DNA of 63,078 bases, filler included, from Octopus bimaculoides (Eukaryota): the NCBI RefSeq assembly GCF_001194135.2. It is 5 parts of 5 records of this genome, joined end to end, with 100 filler letters (N's around TTAATTAATTAA, not from the genome) between each part and the next. Parts side by side here need not be neighbours in the genome. Positions count along the whole stretch, not along the records: positions 48,828 to 63,078 come from NW_026357907.1; 4 more parts are not named here. One strand, written 5' to 3'. The position numbers and the translations under genes were made by a program. Below, piece after piece: positions 57,849 through 63,078 of the stretch. Under the pieces are notes generated by a model. That model was not told where the DNA came from, searched no databases, and saw only the letters and a program-made list of their open reading frames with translations. Position 1 is the first letter of the stretch. The number at the start of each line of letters is the position of its first letter.

Positions 57849-60800
57849 AGAAAGAAAAAGAAAGAAAAATAGACAGAAAAGAAAAGTGAGAAAGAACTAT
57901 AGAGAAAACGAGAGAGAGAGAAGAAAAAAAGAAAGACAAGAAGAGAAAAGAAACAGAGAGAGAAGAGAAAGTGAGAGAGAGAACAGAGAGAAAAGAAAAG
58001 AGAAAACGAGAGAGAAAGAAAAGGAAAAGGGACAGAAATAGAGAGAAACGGAAAAAGAAAGAGATAAAGAGAAAAAGGAGAGAGTAACAGAGAAAGTAAC
58101 AGAAAGCGAGAGAGAGATAAAGAAAGAAAAGAAAAAGAGAGAAAAGCGGGAATGAGAGAGAGAAAAAAGAAAATCAGTGAAAGAGAGAGAAAGGAGAAAG
58201 AGAAGGAGAACGATAAGAAAAAATGATAGAGAGAATGAGACAACAGAAAAGAGGGAGAAAGAGAGAAGGCAAAAAGAGGGAGATAAAGAAGAGAGAAAAA
58301 GGGAAAAGAAAAGCGGGAGAGAATGAGTGAAGAGGAAAAAGAAATGGGGAGAAAGAAAGAGGGAAAGCAAGAGAAAGAGAGAAATGAAAGAGAGAAGCAA
58401 AGAGACAAACAGAGGAAAGAAAAGGAAAATGAGAGAAAAGAAGGTGAAAGAAAGAAATGTAAGGGAGAAATAAAGAGAGAAACAGAAGGAAGAAAAGGAG
58501 AATGAGAGTGAGAGAGAAAGAGAGAAACGGAAGAGAATGAGAGAAAGGAAGGAGAAAGAAAGAAAAGAAAGAGAGAAACAAAGAGACAAACAGAGGAAAG
58601 AAAAGGAGAAAGAGTGAGAGAGAAAGTAAAAAAAGGAAGAGAAAGAGAGAAAAGAAGGAGAAAGAAAGAAATGAAAGAGAGAAACAAAGAGACAAACAGA
58701 GGAAAGAAAACGAGAATGAGGGTGAGAGAGAAAGAGAGAAAAGGAAGAGAATGAGAGAAAGGAAGGAGAAAGAAAGAAATGAAAGGAAGAAATAAAGAGA
58801 GAAACACAGGAAAGAAAACGAGAATGAGATTGAGAGAGAAAGAGTGAAAAGGGAGAGAATGAGAGAAAAGAAGAAAGAAAGAAATGAAAGGGAGAAACAA
58901 AGACAGAAACAGAGGAAAGAAAAGGAGAATGAGAGTGAGAGAGAAAGAGAGAGAAGGAAAAAGAAAAAGAGAAAAGAAGGATAAAAAAGAAATGAAAGTG
59001 ATAAAATGGGAAAGAAATTAGAATGAGAGTGAGAAAGAAATAGAAAAAAGAAAGAGAATGAGAGAAAAAAGGAGAAAGAAAAAATGAAAGAGAGAAAAAG
59101 AGTAAATAAAAGGTGAATGAAAGAAAGAGAGAGAAGAATGAGAAAGAAAGAAATGAAAGAGAGAAACAGGAAAGAAAACGAGAATGAGAGTGAGAGAGAA
59201 AGAGAGAAAAGGGAGAGAATGAGAGAAAAGAAGAAGAAAGAAAGAAATGAAAGAGAGAAACAAAGACAGAAACAGAGGAAAATAAATGAGAATGAGAGTG
59301 AGAGAGAAAGAGAGAAAAGGAAAAGAAAGAGAGAAAAGAAATGAAAGTGAGAAAATGGGAAAGAAATTAGAATGAGAGTGAGAAAGAAATAGAGAAAAGA
59401 AAGAGAATGAGAGAAAAAAGGAGAAAGAAAAAATGAAGGAGAGAAAAAGAGTAAATAAAAGGTGAATGAGAGAAAGAGAGAGAAGAATGAGAAAGAAAGA
59501 AATGAAAGAGAGAAACAAAGAGACAAACAGAAGGAAGAAAAGGAGAATGAGAGTGAGAGAGAAAGAGAGAAAAGAAAGAGAATGAGAGAAAAGAAGGTGA
59601 AAGAAAGAAATGAAAGAAAGAAATAAAGAGGGAAACAGAGGAAAGTAAAGGAGAATGAGAGAAAGAGAGAAAAGAAGGAGGAAGAAAGAAATGAAAGAGA
59701 GAAACAATGAGACAAACAGAGGAAAGAAAAGGAGAATGAGAGTGAGAGAGAATGAGAGAAAAGGAAGAGAATGAGATAAAAGAAGGAGAAAGAACGAAAT
59801 GAAAGAGAGAAAATAAAGAGAAAAACAGAGGAAAGTAAAGGAGAATGAGAGAAAGAGAAAAGAAGGAGGAAGACAGAAATGAAAGAGAGAAATAAAGAGA
59901 GAAACAGGAAAGAAAAGGAGAATGAGAGCGAGACAGAGATTGTGAAAAGGAAGAGAATGAGAGAAAAGGAAGCGAATGAGAGAAAAGAAAGAGAGAAAAG
60001 AAGGAGAAAGAAAGAAATGAAAGGGAGAAATAAAGAGAGAAACGGAAGAAAGAAAAGGAGAATGAGAGAAAGAGAAAAGAAGGAGAAAGAAAGAAATGAA
60101 AGAGAGAAATAAAGAGAAAAAATAGAGGAAGGAAAGGGAGAATGAGAGTGAGAGAGAAAGAGAAAAAAGGAAGCAAATGAGAGAAAAGGAAGCGAATGAG
60201 AGAAAAGAAAGAGAGAAAAGAAGGAGAAAGAAAGAAATGAAAGGGAGAAATAAAGAGAGAAACGGAAGAAAGAAAAGGAGAATGAGAGTGAGAGAGAAAG
60301 AGAGAAAAGAGAAGAGAATGGGAGAAAAGAAGGAGAGAGAAAGAAATGAAAGAGAGAAAGCGAGGGAAGAAATGGAGAATGAGAATGAGAGAGAAAGAAA
60401 TGAAAGAGTAATAAAGAGAGAAAAAGAGGAAAGAAAAGGAGAATATGAGAAAGAGAGAAAAGAAGGAAGAGAGAAATGAAAGAGAGAAAAAGAAAAGAAA
60501 AGGAGAATGAGAGTGAGAGAGAAAGAGAGAAATGGAAGAGAATGAGAGAAGAGAAGGAGAAAGAAAGAAATGAAAGAAAGAAATAAAAAGAGAAACAGAG
60601 GAAAGAAAAGGAGAATGAGAGTGGGAGAGAAAGAGAGAAAAGGAAGAGAATGAGAGAAAAAAGGAGAAAGAAAGAAATGAAAGAAAGAAAAAAAAGAAAG
60701 AAATGAAATAGAGAACCAGAGGAAAGAAAAGGAGAATGAAAGTGAGAAAGAAAGAGAGAAAAGGAAGAGCATAAGAGAAAAGAAGGAGAAAGAAAGAAAT

Positions 60801-63078
60801 GAAAGAGAGAAACTGAGGAAAGAAAAGGAGAGTGAGAGTGACAGAGAAAGAGAGAAAAGGAAGTGAAAGAGACAAAAGTAGGAGAATGAAAGAAATGAAA
60901 GAGTGAAATAAAGAGTGAAACAGGGGAAAGAAAAGGAGGATGTGAGTAAGAGAGAAAGAGAGAAAGAGAGAAAAGGAAGAGAATGAGAGAAAAGAAGGAG
61001 AAAGAAATGAAAGAGAGAAACAGAGGAAAGAAAAGGAGAATGAGAGTGAGAGAGAAAGAGAGAAAAGAATGGGAAGAAAGAAATGAAAGTGAGAAATAAA
61101 GAGAGAGAAAGAGGAAAGAAAAGGAGATTGAGAGTGAGAGAGTAAGAGAGAAATGGAAGAGAATGAGAGAAAAGAAAGAGAAAGAAAGAAATGAAAGATA
61201 GAAAATGAGTAAAGAAAAGGAGAGTGAGAGTGAGAGAGAAAGAGAGAAAAGGAAGAGAATGAGAGAAAAGAAGGAGAAAGAAATGAAAGAGAGAAACAGT
61301 GGGAAGAAAAGGAGAATGAGAGTGAGAGAAAAAGAGAGAAAGGAAGGGGAAGAAAGAAATGAAAGTGAGAATTAAAGAGAGAAAAACAGGAAAGAAAAGG
61401 TGATTGAGAGTGAGAGACAAAGAGAGAAAAAAGGTGGAAGAAAGAAATGAAAGAGAGAAATAAAGAGAGAAAAAGAGTCAAGAAAAGGTGATTGAGAGTG
61501 GGAGAGAAAGAGAGAAAAGGAAGAGAATGAGTGAAATAGAGGAAAGAAAAGGAGGACTTGAGTGTGAGAGAAAGAGAGAAACAGAGGAAAGAAAAGGAGA
61601 ATAAGAGAATGGGAGAAAAGAAGGAGAGAAAGAAATGAAAGAGAGAAAGCGAGGGAAGAAATGGAGAATGAGAATGAGAGAGAAAGAGACAAACGGAAGA
61701 GAATGAGAGAAAAGAAGGAGAAAAAAGAAATAAAGAAACAGAGGAAAGAAAGAGAGAAAAGGAAGAGAATGAGTGAAATAGAGGAAAGAAAAGGAGGATG
61801 TGAGTGAGAGAGAAAGAGAGAAAAGTATGAGAATGATAGAAAAGTATGAGAATGATAGAAAAGTATGAGAATGAGAGAAAAGAAGGAGAAAGAAATGAAA
61901 GAGAGAAACAGGAAAGAAAAGGAGAATGAGAGTGAGAGAGAAAGAGAGAAAAGAAGGCGAAAGATAGAAATGAAAGAGAGAAATAAAGAGAGAAATAGAG
62001 GAAAGAAAAGGAGAATGAGAGTGAAAAAGAAATAGAGAAAAGGAAGACAATGAGAGAAAAGAAGGTGAAAGAAAGAAATGAAAGAGAGAAATAAAGAGAG
62101 ATAAGAGGAAAGTAAAGGAGAAAGAGAAAAAGAGAGAAAAGAAGGAGGAAGAGAGAAAGAAAGAGAGAAAAAGGGGAAAGAAAAGGAGAATGAAAGTGAG
62201 AGAGAAAGAGAGAAAAGGAAGAGAATAAGAGAAAAGAAGGAGAAAGAAAGAAATGAAAGAGAGAAATAAAGAGAGAACCAGGAAAGAAAAGGAGAGTGAG
62301 AGTGACAGAGAAAGAGAGAAAAGAAAGAGAATGAGTGAAAAGAAGGAGAAAGAAAGAAATGAAACAGAGAAATAAAGAGAGAAACAGAAGAATGAAAAGG
62401 AGAATGAGAGTAAGAGTGAAAAGAAAGCGAATGAGTGAAAAGTAGGAGAAAGAAATAAAACAGAGAAACAGAGGAAAGAAAAAGAGAATGCGAGTGAAAG
62501 AGGAAGAGAGAAAAGGGAGAGAAAGAGAGAAAAGAAGGAGAAAGATAGAAATGAAAGACAGAAATAAAGAGAGTAAAACAGGAAAGTAAAAGAGATTGAG
62601 AGAAAGAGAGAAAAGAAGGAGGAAGAAAGAAATGAAAGAGAGAAATAAAGAGAGAAACAGTAAAGAGTAGGAGAATGAGAGTGAGAGAGAAAGTGTGAAA
62701 AGGAAGAGAATGAGATAAAAGATGGTGAAATTAAGAAATGAGAGAGAGAAATGAAAGAGAGAAACAGAGGAAAGAACAGGAGGATGTGAGTGAGAGAGAA
62801 AGAGAGAAAAGAAGGCGAAAGAAAGAGATGAAAGAGAGAAATAAAGAGAGAAACAGAGGGAAGTAAAGGAGAATGAGAGAAAGAGAGAAAAGAAGGAGGA
62901 AGAAAGAAATGAAAGAGAGAAAAGAGGAAAGAGAAGGAGAATGAAAGTGAGAGAGAAAGAGAGAAAAGGAAGAGAATAAGAGAGAAGAAAGAGAAAGAAA
63001 AAAGGAAAGAGAGAAACAGGAAAGTAAAGGAAGATGTGAGTGAGAGAGAAAGAGAGAAAAGGAAGAGAATGAGAGAAA
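57845..63078. repeat. Polypurine satellite, ~108-bp basic unit, extends past window end
   Basis: agaatgagagtg anchors recur 108 nt apart (59181/59289; 60504/60612); almost entirely A/G on the plus strand. Confidence 0.92.

Noticed and set aside
57743-62050. Up to 800-aa F/S/L-rich minus-strand ORFs
   Set aside because: A pyrimidine-only satellite strand seldom forms stop codons; several frames are open at once

Overview
AT-rich animal genomic DNA with many N gaps and dense repeats. The SINE repertoire suggests an octopus/cephalopod genome (inference from recognised repeat families, not a database hit). Main result: five small minus-strand coding exons (37594-37687, 33697-33842, 30854-30959, 23485-23582, 18533-18626), all with GT-AG ends and compatible phases. 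They splice into an uninterrupted 179-codon frame encoding half of one and two complete 10-cysteine VWC/CR domains, which I read as CR2(C-half)-CR3-CR4 of chordin/short gastrulation. As assembled, CR3 and CR4 are joined by a single residue, so the linker that carries the downstream Tolloid cleavage site in vertebrate chordin is not visible. A possible first coding exon of an unrelated plus-strand gene (ankyrin-like N-terminus) lies at 54362-54445. The rest is transposon debris: two Penelope-like GIY-YIG remnants and several hammerhead-ribozyme-like Penelope termini; R4/Dong, Tx1, HERO and CRE-like LINE relics; Tc1 (DD34E) and DD37D transposase relics; MITEs; a possible Helitron fragment; and about 25 tRNA-derived SINEs built from shuffled head/core/tail modules. 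Microsatellites are frequent and a >5 kb polypurine ~108-bp satellite runs off the right end. Nearly all ORFs in the supplied track are artefacts of N gaps, microsatellites or dead TEs.
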